In this document: positions 37,475 through 47,200 of the stretch, one piece after another
Numbering within the stretch: the first letter of the stretch is position 1
How the letters are laid out: every line of letters begins with the position of its first letter
Assembly (NCBI GenBank): GCA_964291655.2
Contig: OZ219802.1
Location: forward strand, 256,001-320,000
Direction of reading: 5' to 3'
Source: Chloroflexota bacterium
GTDB taxonomy: Bacteria > Chloroflexota > UBA11872 > VXOZ01
Length of the DNA: 64,000 bases
Made by a program: the position numbers and the translations under genes
The notes under the pieces: model-generated
The model's database searches: none
Seen by the model: the letters and a program-made list of their open reading frames with translations, nothing else
What the model was told of the DNA's origin: nothing

Positions 37475-38152
37475 ATCAAGATCAATGAACCGATGACAGT
37501 CTTGACCGACTTGTTGCTTGCCATTTGCAATGCCAAGTGGGGTATCGCTCTGCTGCGGCAAGGAATCTCGCAGCGCCAGTTCTCCCAGATCACATGGGGC
37601 ATAGGATTCCTGGCCGCAGCAGTTGCGGCAGTGCTTGGCGGCACGTCGCATGCCGTGGGGGACCAGTCGCCTGCGTTGCGGCGCAAGCTGTGGAAAGGGA
37701 CGACCCTGGCCACCGGGTTCACGAGCGCAGGCATGTTTGCGAGCACGGTGGTAGCCTCCGCGTCGCAGCCCCTCAAGGGGAGACTGCTCTTGGGCACGCT
37801 ACTGAAGCTGTTGGCATACTGCGGTTGGATGGCATCCCGCGGCAAGTTTCTCTACGTAATCATCGACTACGGATCCGCCATGGCGGGTGTCGCGGCGTTT
37901 CATGTGCCTTACGTTTTCCGTAGAGGCGCCGGAGACTCACGGTATTTGCTGAGCGGTGTCTTCATTTCGCTGCTCGCCGCATTCGTTCAGATACGCAAGA
38001 TCAAGCTTCACCGCCACTTCAATCACAATGACTTGTATCACGTCATCCAGATCGGCGCGTGCTATCTCTTCTACAGGGGCGGGCGGCTTCTGCAGGATCG
38101 CCGAGATGGGGAGGTGGACGAGGGGGGCACCAAGACAATCGGCGTGCAGTAG
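37475..38152 (+). CDS. Integral membrane protein (DUF6962-like); start ATC 37475 or ATG 37493
   Basis: Several TMs; 'EPMTVLTD', 'GGTSH', 'HFNHNDLYHVIQ'. Confidence 0.65.
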   Translation: MKINEPMTVLTDLLLAICNAKWGIALLRQGISQRQFSQITWGIGFLAAAVAAVLGGTSHAVGDQSPALRRKLWKGTTLATGFTSAGMFASTVVASASQPLKGRLLLGTLLKLLAYCGWMASRGKFLYVIIDYGSAMAGVAAFHVPYVFRRGAGDSRYLLSGVFISLLAAFVQIRKIKLHRHFNHNDLYHVIQIGACYLFYRGGRLLQDRRDGEVDEGGTKTIGVQ

Positions 38153-38263
38153 AAGACATGCGCCAGTGTGCCGGTCGGTACCGGCGAGGCGCGGTCACGG
38201 CAGGCAGAATTTCGCTCTTCCTATACCAGTCCCTGCACACTTTGCCGCGAGTGAGGAGAGGTA

Positions 38264-39541
38264 ATGTCGCGTAGCAACCGAGAACGTGTTTCCCTTCCGT
38301 ACCTAGCCCGGATCAGTGTCTTCTGGCTGGGACTCTCAACTGTTTGGGCGGGTCTGAATGTTGTCTACCTACCTGACCGCGTTGAAGCACTGGTGGGCAC
38401 GGCGCACAAGGGCACCTACCTGGGCGTCCTAGTTTCCGTCGGCCTCATGGTTGCCATTGTCGTCCAGCCAGTTATGGGCGCGGTGAGCGACCGCACGACT
38501 TCGCGATGGGGCCGCCGCAAGCCGTACATGCTCTTGGGCTCGCTCTTGAGCGCTCTCTTTCTCTTGCTGATGGCTGCGGTCAGCACCTATGCACTGCTTT
38601 TCGCGGTGGTGATCCTGCTGCAGGTCTCAGCCAATAGTGCACATGGGCCGTATCAAGGCATCATCCCCGATCTGATTCCGCGGAACCAGCGGGGCCGCGC
38701 ATCGGGCTTCTTTGGCTTAGCCAACAATCTTGGCGTCCTGCTGGGTGCGCTCGTGGCCGGGCAATTCCTTGACCGGGGCCAACCGGGCAACTATCTGTTG
38801 GTTGCTGCAGGAGTGCTCGCATTCGTAGCAATTGTCTCGGCGCTGACCATTCAAGAAGACCCGTTGGAAGCAAAACCGGAGTTTGCGGGTATAGCACATG
38901 AATTTCGCACGCGCCTTGCGGAGTTGCGTTCGAGGCCGGGGTTCACTTGGATCCTGCTCTCCCGTTTGTTCTTTTTCATGGGACTGCTGGCTGCAGACCA
39001 GATTCTGCTCTTCTTTGTGCGCGAACGCCTTGGCATGAGCGAGAATGCCGGCCTCTCTGTGACCATGGCGCTTGGGGTGCTCATCGTAGTGGCGGGACTG
39101 GTCACAGTACCGGCAGGCTGGATTTCAGATCGCATAGACCGGCGCAGCCTGGTTTTCGCCGCCTGCAGTGTAGGGTTGGTTGCATCCTTGATTCTGCTCT
39201 TTACGACAAATTTCGCAACCCTTCTCGTTGGATTTGCCGTGCTCGGTGGGGCTGTTGGAATGTTCACTGCCGCGGACTGGGCATTGGCGATTGACCTCAT
39301 CCCCGATCCCAGAGCGCCCGGCCTGTACATGGGCCTCACCAACTTGGCGACTGCCGGCGGGGACGCACTCGGGAGCCTCAGCGCGGGGGTCGTGCTGGAC
39401 ACCTTCAACGGCATACAACCGCTGCTGGGCTACACCGCCGTCTTCATCATGATGGCGGGATTCTTCGCACTGAGCGCGGGAATTATGCTGAAGGTACCGA
39501 ATGTCTCCGTAGAGGAGCGAGATGCAGAGACGGACGCGTGA
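38264..39541 (+). CDS. MFS transporter
   Basis: 'GAVSDRTTSRWGRRKPY' motif A; about 12 TMs; 'GWISDRIDRR'. Confidence 0.9.
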   Translation: MSRSNRERVSLPYLARISVFWLGLSTVWAGLNVVYLPDRVEALVGTAHKGTYLGVLVSVGLMVAIVVQPVMGAVSDRTTSRWGRRKPYMLLGSLLSALFLLLMAAVSTYALLFAVVILLQVSANSAHGPYQGIIPDLIPRNQRGRASGFFGLANNLGVLLGALVAGQFLDRGQPGNYLLVAAGVLAFVAIVSALTIQEDPLEAKPEFAGIAHEFRTRLAELRSRPGFTWILLSRLFFFMGLLAADQILLFFVRERLGMSENAGLSVTMALGVLIVVAGLVTVPAGWISDRIDRRSLVFAACSVGLVASLILLFTTNFATLLVGFAVLGGAVGMFTAADWALAIDLIPDPRAPGLYMGLTNLATAGGDALGSLSAGVVLDTFNGIQPLLGYTAVFIMMAGFFALSAGIMLKVPNVSVEERDAETDA

Positions 39542-39716
39542 GACTAGCGGGGATAGCCCTGCTCAGATAGAATACCGCGATCGCAAACTGGATTTGACCA
39601 GTCGTTTTCGTGGCACACAATTGCGATCAAGGCTGGGAGAGTCCAGGAAGCCAAGGCAATGGGCAGCGCAAACAGCTCGAACTCTAATAGTGCCGGCTTA
39701 GAGACGTGACCCTAAA

Positions 39717-41072
39717 CTATGCCAGCACTCCGCCCTTTTGCGCCACGAGCATCTCTTGGAGAGTGCGACGGTCGACGTGCTCGTTCGGCTCTGTGCCGTC
39801 CATGGGACACACGCCTGCCGGGCACACTTTTTCTATAATGTGAGCATCGTACTCTTGGCGGAAGTTACGCACGGTGCTCACCACCGGCCAAGGGGCAAAC
39901 TGGCCGAGTCCGCAGAACGATGCGCCCATCATATCGGTGGAAGCATGTTCAATGAGATCAATGGTATCGGGCGCAGCCACGCCGTGGCGGACACGCTCGA
40001 CCAACATGCGGAGGACCCGGGTACCGTCGCGGCAAGGGAAGCAGAAGCCGCAGGACTCTTCCTCAAAAAACGTTGCATCTCGAATTGCCGCGTCGACAAC
40101 GCAGGAGTGGTCGTCCATAACGATGACGCCCGCCGTACCGAGGATAGTTCCGGCCGCCTGCACCGGTTTGAAGTCAAGGACAAGATCGATCATGTCGGCA
40201 GGTAGAATTGCGCTGGATGCACCGCCGGGCTTCCAGGCCTTGAGCTCGCGCCCCTGCCAAACACCGCCGGCGTGCTCATAGATCAGTTCCCGCGCGGTGG
40301 TTCCCATCGGCAGTTCGTAAACCCCCGGGCGCTCAACGTGGCCGGAAACGCAGTAGATATTTAAACCGGACCCCTCGTTAACTCCCAGGTTACTCCACCT
40401 CTCACCGCCATTGAGGACAATATCGGAGAGATTGGAGAGAGTCTCCACATTATTAATGAGCGTGGGTTTGCCGAATAGACCTTCATTGGCAGGGAAGGGC
40501 GGTCGTGCGCGTGGGTAGCCTCTCTTCCCTTCAAGGGAGTTCATAATGGCGGTTTCTTCGCCGACGATGTACGCTCCCGCGCCACGCCGTAAGTACAATT
40601 CCACGGAGAAGTCGGTGCCGAGTATGTTCTTGCCGATGAGGCCGCGCTCGTAGGCCTGTTCTATGGCGTGCTTGACTCGTTCATATGCTAAGAAGTATTC
40701 ACCCCGGATATAAATGAAGATGATGGAACATCCGGTAGCGTAGGCTGCCAGCAAACAGCCCTCCACCAAGAGATGGGGGTCTTCCTCGCCAATGACACGG
40801 TTGGAAAAAGTACCGGGTTCACTTTCATCGAAATTGCACAGGACGTACTTGGGCTCACCCCGAGCTCCCACCAGGAAATTCCACTTCATTGCCGTGGGAA
40901 ATCCGGCCCCGCCACGACCACCCATGTTTGCGGCGCGCACCTCATCGTGCACGGCTGAAGGGGTCATCTCAGTCAGTGCTTTGCGCAGAGCGGCATAGCC
41001 ATCGTGCGCCATGTAAGACTCGATGTCCTGAGAATTCTCATTGTGTATTCGCCGCAGGCAGACCTGCTCCAT
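39717..41072 (-). CDS. nuoF: NuoF-like NADH-binding flavin/Fe-S subunit
   Basis: 'GRGGAGFPT', 'DESEPGTF', 'GAGAYIVGEETA', 'NNVETL', 'ESCGFCFPCRDG', 'CGLG'. Confidence 0.9.
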   Translation of the reverse strand: MEQVCLRRIHNENSQDIESYMAHDGYAALRKALTEMTPSAVHDEVRAANMGGRGGAGFPTAMKWNFLVGARGEPKYVLCNFDESEPGTFSNRVIGEEDPHLLVEGCLLAAYATGCSIIFIYIRGEYFLAYERVKHAIEQAYERGLIGKNILGTDFSVELYLRRGAGAYIVGEETAIMNSLEGKRGYPRARPPFPANEGLFGKPTLINNVETLSNLSDIVLNGGERWSNLGVNEGSGLNIYCVSGHVERPGVYELPMGTTARELIYEHAGGVWQGRELKAWKPGGASSAILPADMIDLVLDFKPVQAAGTILGTAGVIVMDDHSCVVDAAIRDATFFEEESCGFCFPCRDGTRVLRMLVERVRHGVAAPDTIDLIEHASTDMMGASFCGLGQFAPWPVVSTVRNFRQEYDAHIIEKVCPAGVCPMDGTEPNEHVDRRTLQEMLVAQKGGVLA

Positions 41073-41111
41073 GCTGTTCGCTCCTCGCGGCCGTCGGGCT
41101 ACATCTGCGCA

Positions 41112-41606
41112 CTAACCACTTTCACTGCTGGCTGCAACTTTAGCCTGAACCTTTTCGAGAGCTTCTGATCCAGTCACCTGCCCCACTGCAACCTCGTTGA
41201 TCAATAGCGCCGGCGCCTGCTCACAAAGTCCCAGGCACATAACCTCTTCCACTTCAAATGCGTCTGGCTGCGCTGCGGCTGCCTCTTCCAACGTATGCAG
41301 CACCTCCTGCGCGCCGCGCAGGTGACACGAGAGATTCACGCACACGCGCGCGATAACGGGCGGCTTCGGCTCAAAGAAGAACATTGTGTAGAATGTCGCG
41401 ACGCCAAATAGCTGCGCCTTTGTCTGCCCCAGGGCCTCCGCCACCATGCCCACGGCTGTGGGTTCCAGATAACCGAATTGCCGTTGCACAGCGTGAAGCA
41501 TATCGAGCGTCGAGCCCGGCTCTTGCTTGCACTCCTCAATCTCGCGCGCTAATGCGGCGTATTTAGCGGCATCAACGCTTTCGACTTCTCTCGGTGGCGT
41601 GGCCAA
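41112..41606 (-). CDS. nuoE: NuoE-like [2Fe-2S] subunit
   Basis: 'VATFYTMF', 'CVNLSC', 'CLGLCEQAP'. Confidence 0.88.
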   Translation of the reverse strand: MATPPREVESVDAAKYAALAREIEECKQEPGSTLDMLHAVQRQFGYLEPTAVGMVAEALGQTKAQLFGVATFYTMFFFEPKPPVIARVCVNLSCHLRGAQEVLHTLEEAAAAQPDAFEVEEVMCLGLCEQAPALLINEVAVGQVTGSEALEKVQAKVAASSESG

Positions 41607-41639
41607 TGGCTGTCCTCCGCTTTGTTCACGTGGTGGCGG

Positions 41640-42677
41640 CTATGTCTCCGGCTTATCGCGTTTGGTAAAGATATCCATATCACTACTGTGACCCGGAGCG
41701 AGCCGAGCATCGGGGTTAATATACCGCACTGCTTGATTCACTGCCATAGCCGCCTCGGACGCACCGCACGCAATCAGATTGATCTTCCCCTCGTAAGCGG
41801 CAATATCGCCTGCAGCATAGACACCGGGCCGGCTCGTAACCATCGTCGCGGGATCTACCTTGATGCCCTTCCTGCCTTCAAGGTCAACCCCCCACTTTCG
41901 TATGACAGTCGTGTCCATCAGGAATCCAATGCAAATCAGGATTATGTCCACTTCAAGATCGAAAGTCTCTTTCGAAGTGAGATTCGTGATGGTGACTCCC
42001 GTGAGCTTGCCGTCAGTTAAGTGCAACTCACTGGCTTCATGCCGGGGGAAATGCACGTCCACCTCCGAGTAAATGAGTTGGCGAACTGTAGCCTCGTGCG
42101 CCTGCCAGACCGGCAGGCGGTGAATGAGCGTCGCCATCTTTGCGACTTTCTCAAGTTCAAGCGCCCAGTCGAGTGCCGAGTCTCCCCCACCAATGATCAG
42201 CACACGCTTGTCGCGGAACGTTTCCAGGTTCTTCACTGTATAGAAGACCTGCTTGTCTTCCAGGGGCTCGATGCCGGGAATCTTCAATTTGCGCGGCGCC
42301 AGCGAGCCATTGCCGTTGGCAATGAGTACGGTCTTGCTCTTGAATTCCTCGCCGCTTTGCGAATGAAGCACGTAGACGCCGTCGCGCTCTTCAAGTTCCG
42401 TTATTTTCTGTGAAAGAATTATGGGATATTGCCACTGGTCTGCTTGCTCATGCAAAGCCGCAACCAGATCCTTGGCGAGAATCGCCGGGAAGCCAGCCAT
42501 ATCGTAGACGTTCTTCACCGCGTATAGGGCTGAAAGGGCGCCGCCTATTTCATCCATTGCTTCCACAAGCTGTGTATCGAGATGGCGCACTCCGGCGTAG
42601 AAAAGCCCAAACAACCCCGTAGGGCCACCTCCAATAATCGTAAGGTCCTTTACGCCATCTCCCCCGTTCTCCACCAT
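41640..42677 (-). CDS. TrxR-like ferredoxin-NADP+ reductase (YumC type)
   Basis: 'IIGGGPTGLF', 'GGGDSALDWA', 'GDIAAYEGKINLI', 'PGHSS'; no CxxC. Confidence 0.85.
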   Translation of the reverse strand: MVENGGDGVKDLTIIGGGPTGLFGLFYAGVRHLDTQLVEAMDEIGGALSALYAVKNVYDMAGFPAILAKDLVAALHEQADQWQYPIILSQKITELEERDGVYVLHSQSGEEFKSKTVLIANGNGSLAPRKLKIPGIEPLEDKQVFYTVKNLETFRDKRVLIIGGGDSALDWALELEKVAKMATLIHRLPVWQAHEATVRQLIYSEVDVHFPRHEASELHLTDGKLTGVTITNLTSKETFDLEVDIILICIGFLMDTTVIRKWGVDLEGRKGIKVDPATMVTSRPGVYAAGDIAAYEGKINLIACGASEAAMAVNQAVRYINPDARLAPGHSSDMDIFTKRDKPET

Positions 42678-42792
42678 TTCACAGTGCTCCTTCCAGCAGT
42701 GTCTCTAACCCTCGGTAATTGCTCGCTCCATCATTCGTGCATCCAGTATCACGTCGCTTCCGCTCCCCACAGCTATAGGATACAAGAATGGC

Positions 42793-44154
42793 TCATGCGT
42801 TAGAATTATCGTGCTCATTGCTCTCCGCTGCCTGATAGGCTTTTTCAAGCAGTTCCATTGTGTGAATTGATCGCGTTGCTTCTCCGCTTGCAGCCAGGGC
42901 ACTGTCCATTTGCAGCATACAACCCGGATTGCCAACAACGACGAGTTCAGCGTCCGTTGCCGCGATATTCTTGACTTTCGGCGCTACAATGCGCTGCGCC
43001 ATGTCGGCCTGCACAACGTTATATACGCCCGCGCTGCCGCAACAGTGATCGGAGTTCTTCATCTCTACAAATTCAAGTCCCGGAATTGCTTGCAGCAGGG
43101 CGCGCGGCTGTGCTCGCACCCGCTGTCCGTGCGCCAGGTGGCAAGCATCTTGATACGTTACGCGCTTGTTTACCGGCCCAAACGACGTGTCTACCTCAAT
43201 ATCGGCCAAGAATTCGCTAACGTCTTTCACCTTCTCTGAAAAGTCGCGGGCGCGGAGGGCATATTTGGGATCAAGCTCAAGCAGAATGTCGTACTCCTTG
43301 AGCGCAGTACCGCAGCCGGCCGCGTTGCTGATGATGACGTCCAAGTCATAGGATTCAAAGGCGTCAATGTTCTGCCGGGCCAGGTCTTTGGCTGTCTCAC
43401 GGTCCCCGGCATGGACACCTAAAGCGCCGCAGCAGCGTTGGCTCTTGGGTATCACCACCTCGCACCCATTGCGTGAAAGGACGCTCACGGTTGCCCGATT
43501 CGTTTCACCGAAAAAGTATGGCATGATGCAACCGGTCACAAACCCCACCCGGCGTTTCGTCTCACCACGAGCTGGGACTACCTCCACGTCGGGCGCGGCA
43601 TAGAATTCGTCAGACAACTTAGGCAGCATCGTTTCGGCATGACCGAACTGCCCAAAGAGCTTCAAGACACCGCTGCCTCGCACTAACTTCTGCAACCCGG
43701 AGGATTGGTAGAAACGGAGGATGTTGGCAACCAGACTCAGTCTGCGGGGAAATGGAAATGTCTGTTTGAACACGAGCCAGCGCAGGAAGCGTGGGACCAT
43801 CCCACCGGGCTTCGCTTGAATCGCCTCGCCGCGCGCTGCCTCGATGATCTTGCCATACTGTACTCCCGATGGACAGGCAGTCTCGCAGGCCCGGCAATCC
43901 AAACAAAGGAATATATGTTGCAGAAACGTCTCATTGATTGGAATGCGCTCTTCTTTGGCCGCTTTGACGAGATAGATGCGGCCCCGCGGACTCTCCATCT
44001 CGAGGCCCGTTTCCCGGTACGTGGGACACGCATTGAGACAAAGTCCGCAGTGCACGCATTGGGCAAGGTCCTCATCCGTAAGGCCTTCAAAGCGTACGCG
44101 TTCATTGTCAGAATCTGGAATAACGAGCCCTGGCTTGCCGACATCGGTATTCAC
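42793..44154 (-). CDS. glcF: Glycolate oxidase-like Fe-S subunit
   Basis: 'CVHCGLCLNACPTY', 'SPRGRI', 'CLDCRACETACPSGV', two CCG domains. Confidence 0.88.
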   Translation of the reverse strand: MNTDVGKPGLVIPDSDNERVRFEGLTDEDLAQCVHCGLCLNACPTYRETGLEMESPRGRIYLVKAAKEERIPINETFLQHIFLCLDCRACETACPSGVQYGKIIEAARGEAIQAKPGGMVPRFLRWLVFKQTFPFPRRLSLVANILRFYQSSGLQKLVRGSGVLKLFGQFGHAETMLPKLSDEFYAAPDVEVVPARGETKRRVGFVTGCIMPYFFGETNRATVSVLSRNGCEVVIPKSQRCCGALGVHAGDRETAKDLARQNIDAFESYDLDVIISNAAGCGTALKEYDILLELDPKYALRARDFSEKVKDVSEFLADIEVDTSFGPVNKRVTYQDACHLAHGQRVRAQPRALLQAIPGLEFVEMKNSDHCCGSAGVYNVVQADMAQRIVAPKVKNIAATDAELVVVGNPGCMLQMDSALAASGEATRSIHTMELLEKAYQAAESNEHDNSNA

Positions 44155-44190
44155 GTTGGACTTGCTCGCCTTATCTAGAGTGAAATGGTG

Positions 44191-45531
44191 CTAAATCTTC
44201 GCTACGAATCGGCCTGGATTTAGAATGTTGCGTGGATCGAAGGTCTGCTTGAGGCTGCGCATGACGCTTAGTCCCTGAGGACTCGGTCCCCAGACGTCAA
44301 AGGCGGCCTTGAGCGCCGGCGAGCCTCGTTGCAAGATCAAACTACCCCCATGTTCCTGGCTCACTGCTCGGGCATGCTGCAAGAAGCTGAGAAGCTTGGC
44401 CGATGTAGCCGAATGGACAGAGGGGTCTTGCTCTTGCCCGTCCGCCGACCGAATTCCACACTTTAGTGAGCCGCTGAGAGGATCGGCTAGAACTCCCACT
44501 GCTCCCTCAACGGGCGCTGCCGAGCGCAAGAGGTCTGCATAGACGTGCCGCACTTCTGTTGGTACGGCGCTCGCCTTTAGCAAGACATCCGTTGGGCCAC
44601 CAACCGACCCCACGTCCACGCATGCTTGCCACAGGGACACCCCGTCCTCTTCGCAAACTACCTCTGCGTCAATCCCGCCCCCTGCAGTTCCTGCCGCCGA
44701 GGCGTCGCGGACCTGCCGTGCCACAGCTCCTTGTGCGCCCATGAAGCGGACAAGAAGCACATGGCCGCCACGGACTGCGCCAAACAAACACTGTTGAGCG
44801 GCTGCATTACCGACCACGGCCGCCGCCGGATGGTACGCGCGTATGGCGGATGCTGCCGCAAAGGCCGCGCCGAATTCCTTAAATGCGAGAATGAGGGTTT
44901 GATCAGCCTTTGGCAAAGGATACACCTTGAATGTGGCTGTGGCGATAACCCCCAACGTACCGAGGGCGCCGACCTGCAGCTTGTGAAGACCGAACCCGGC
45001 CACGTTCTTTACCACCTCGCCGCCGCTCTTGACAAGGGTGCCGTCACCTTGGACGAATTGCATGCCCATAACCAGGTCCTTGGCAGTACCGAATGCAAAC
45101 CGGAGCGGCCCGTGCGCGTTCACCGCCACGGCTCCGCCAATTGTGGCTCTCTCTGGGCGGGGCACCTCAAGCGGCAGAGTCTGGCCATGTTCGCGCAGAG
45201 TCTCTTGCAAGACGGCCACGGTCACGCCCGCCTCTGCCGTCACAATGAGGTCGGCAGGTTCGTATCCCGATATCGCATTAAGTCCCGCGGTGGAGAGTGC
45301 CACGCAGGTATCAGTTGGGGGCGCGCCAAGATCGAGCATGGTGCCGCCGCCTATGGGGGTGGTTGAAGCCCCGGCGGCGTTTAGTTCCCCAACGACCTCA
45401 GCCAATTCTGCAATAGCACGAGGCGCCACACACAACGACGGCTGCTTGCCGTCTATAGTAGGACTCTCGGTAGTGACCGCATCATGCGAGACGATCTGAG
45501 CGAGCTGGGTGTGGAGTGTCTCAGTCAGCAA
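44191..45531 (-). CDS. glcE: Glycolate oxidase-like FAD subunit
   Basis: 'YEPADL', 'GGEVVKNVAGFGL', 'GTLGVI', 'FDPRNILNPGRF'. Confidence 0.85.
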   Translation of the reverse strand: MLTETLHTQLAQIVSHDAVTTESPTIDGKQPSLCVAPRAIAELAEVVGELNAAGASTTPIGGGTMLDLGAPPTDTCVALSTAGLNAISGYEPADLIVTAEAGVTVAVLQETLREHGQTLPLEVPRPERATIGGAVAVNAHGPLRFAFGTAKDLVMGMQFVQGDGTLVKSGGEVVKNVAGFGLHKLQVGALGTLGVIATATFKVYPLPKADQTLILAFKEFGAAFAAASAIRAYHPAAAVVGNAAAQQCLFGAVRGGHVLLVRFMGAQGAVARQVRDASAAGTAGGGIDAEVVCEEDGVSLWQACVDVGSVGGPTDVLLKASAVPTEVRHVYADLLRSAAPVEGAVGVLADPLSGSLKCGIRSADGQEQDPSVHSATSAKLLSFLQHARAVSQEHGGSLILQRGSPALKAAFDVWGPSPQGLSVMRSLKQTFDPRNILNPGRFVAKI

Positions 45532-45545
45532 CGCGTATCTGCATC

Positions 45546-46997
45546 CTACTTCCAGACCGCAGTAGTAGTAGAGTGGACCGGGGACTTGCCGATGTGGATT
45601 TTCGCTGCATGTGGACCTTCACCGGTGGGGAATATTTTTGTGGGGTTGAACAACCAGTAAGGATCGAAAGCGCGCTTGAGCTTGCGCATAGACTCCAAGT
45701 CTTCTTCGCTATAGAGCCAGTCCATGTACTCTTGCTTTTCGGTGCCGATGCCGTGTTCCCCCGAGAGTGAGCCGCCGGCGTCAATGCACGCGCGAATAAT
45801 CTCCTCACCCGCTGCAATAACCCGTTGCACCTGGTCGCTATCGCGCACGTCAAAGAGCAGATTGGGATGCAGGTTGCCGTCACCGGCATGAAATACATTG
45901 GCGATAATGATGTCGTAGCGCGCGGCCACGTCTTCAACAAAGCGCATAATCTCCGGTAGTTTTGTGCGGGGTACGACACAATCCTGGATATAGTAGTTTG
46001 GCGCCAGCCGACCCAATGCGCCGATGGCCCCCTTGCGTCCCTTCCAAACCGCCTCCCGCTCAGCGGCAGTCTGCGCCACTCGGATTTCACGGGCACCTGC
46101 CTCACGGCAGAGGTTTAGAATTGCTTCCCGCTGTTCGTCGAGTTCCTCCTGCATGCCGTCGATTTCGATGATAAGCACACCACCGGCATCGGAGGGGTAG
46201 CCGACATGATGCGCTTCTTCAATTGCTTGGGTGACGACCTGGTCCATAATCTCCAGTGCGGCAGGAATAATGCCATTGCCAATGATGGATGAAACTGCCT
46301 GGCACGAGTCTGGGACACTCTCGAAAATCGCAAGGTAGGTCTCAACTGCTTCCGGAATTGGCAGCAGCTTGACAAGGATCTTAGTCACCACACCCATGGT
46401 GCCTTCGGAGCCGATAATTGCGCATAGGAGGTCATAGCCCGGTGCGTCCGGCGCCTTGCCGCCAAGCCATGCCACTTCACCGCCTGGAAAGACCACCTCC
46501 AGGCCCATAACATGATTAATCGTGCAGCCATAGCGCAGGCAATGGGCACCGCCGGAGTTTTCGGCGACATTGCCCCCGAGTGTGCATGCATATTGACTAG
46601 ACGGGTCCGGAGCATAATACAGCCCCAAGTGCTTAACTTCGTCGGAGAGTTCGAGGTTTACCACCCCAGGTTCCACGAGCGCGGTGCGATTCTCTTCGTC
46701 GATCTCAAGAATGTCCCGCATGCGGCTGACAGAAAGCAGTATGCCGTTTTCTTCCGGCACGGCGCCGCCAGAGAGGCCCGTTCCGGCGCCCTTCGGTACC
46801 ACCGGTACCTTCAATTCATTAGCGACAACCAGTATCTCACTGACTTCAGCCGTGGTGCGTGGAAAAGCTACGGCGGCGGGTAGTTGGGCGTCAATTGATG
46901 CGTCGCGCTCGAAGACTATGAGGTCTTCCGGAAGATGAACGACGTGCTCCGGTCCAACAATGGCCTGCAAGCGCTCAACGAGTTCACGTGTGTCCAT
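45546..46997 (-). CDS. glcD: Glycolate oxidase-like FAD subunit
   Basis: 'GAGTGLSGG', 'APDPSSQ', 'HAGDGNLHP', 'GEHGIG'. Confidence 0.9.
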   Translation of the reverse strand: MDTRELVERLQAIVGPEHVVHLPEDLIVFERDASIDAQLPAAVAFPRTTAEVSEILVVANELKVPVVPKGAGTGLSGGAVPEENGILLSVSRMRDILEIDEENRTALVEPGVVNLELSDEVKHLGLYYAPDPSSQYACTLGGNVAENSGGAHCLRYGCTINHVMGLEVVFPGGEVAWLGGKAPDAPGYDLLCAIIGSEGTMGVVTKILVKLLPIPEAVETYLAIFESVPDSCQAVSSIIGNGIIPAALEIMDQVVTQAIEEAHHVGYPSDAGGVLIIEIDGMQEELDEQREAILNLCREAGAREIRVAQTAAEREAVWKGRKGAIGALGRLAPNYYIQDCVVPRTKLPEIMRFVEDVAARYDIIIANVFHAGDGNLHPNLLFDVRDSDQVQRVIAAGEEIIRACIDAGGSLSGEHGIGTEKQEYMDWLYSEEDLESMRKLKRAFDPYWLFNPTKIFPTGEGPHAAKIHIGKSPVHSTTTAVWK

Positions 46998-47200
46998 GGC
47001 GTACTACCTAAACTCGATTCGTGCCTATCCGCCTCCGACCCACCAATCACTGTGATGATACCATAGCCCAAATACTGCGAACAAAAACCTGGGGGCTGCC
47101 TGCCTGAGCTTTCTGCCGCATCCAATGAGGCAGGGGATTCCCGGGAATCTCGTTTCGGCAATTACTACCGTCAAACCTAAGAAGAGGACGTCCTGCAACG

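Noticed and set aside
39545-39716. nuoG remnant after nuoF
   Set aside because: The frame after GGAG-n7-ATA stops within two codons and shows no NuoG-like sequence.
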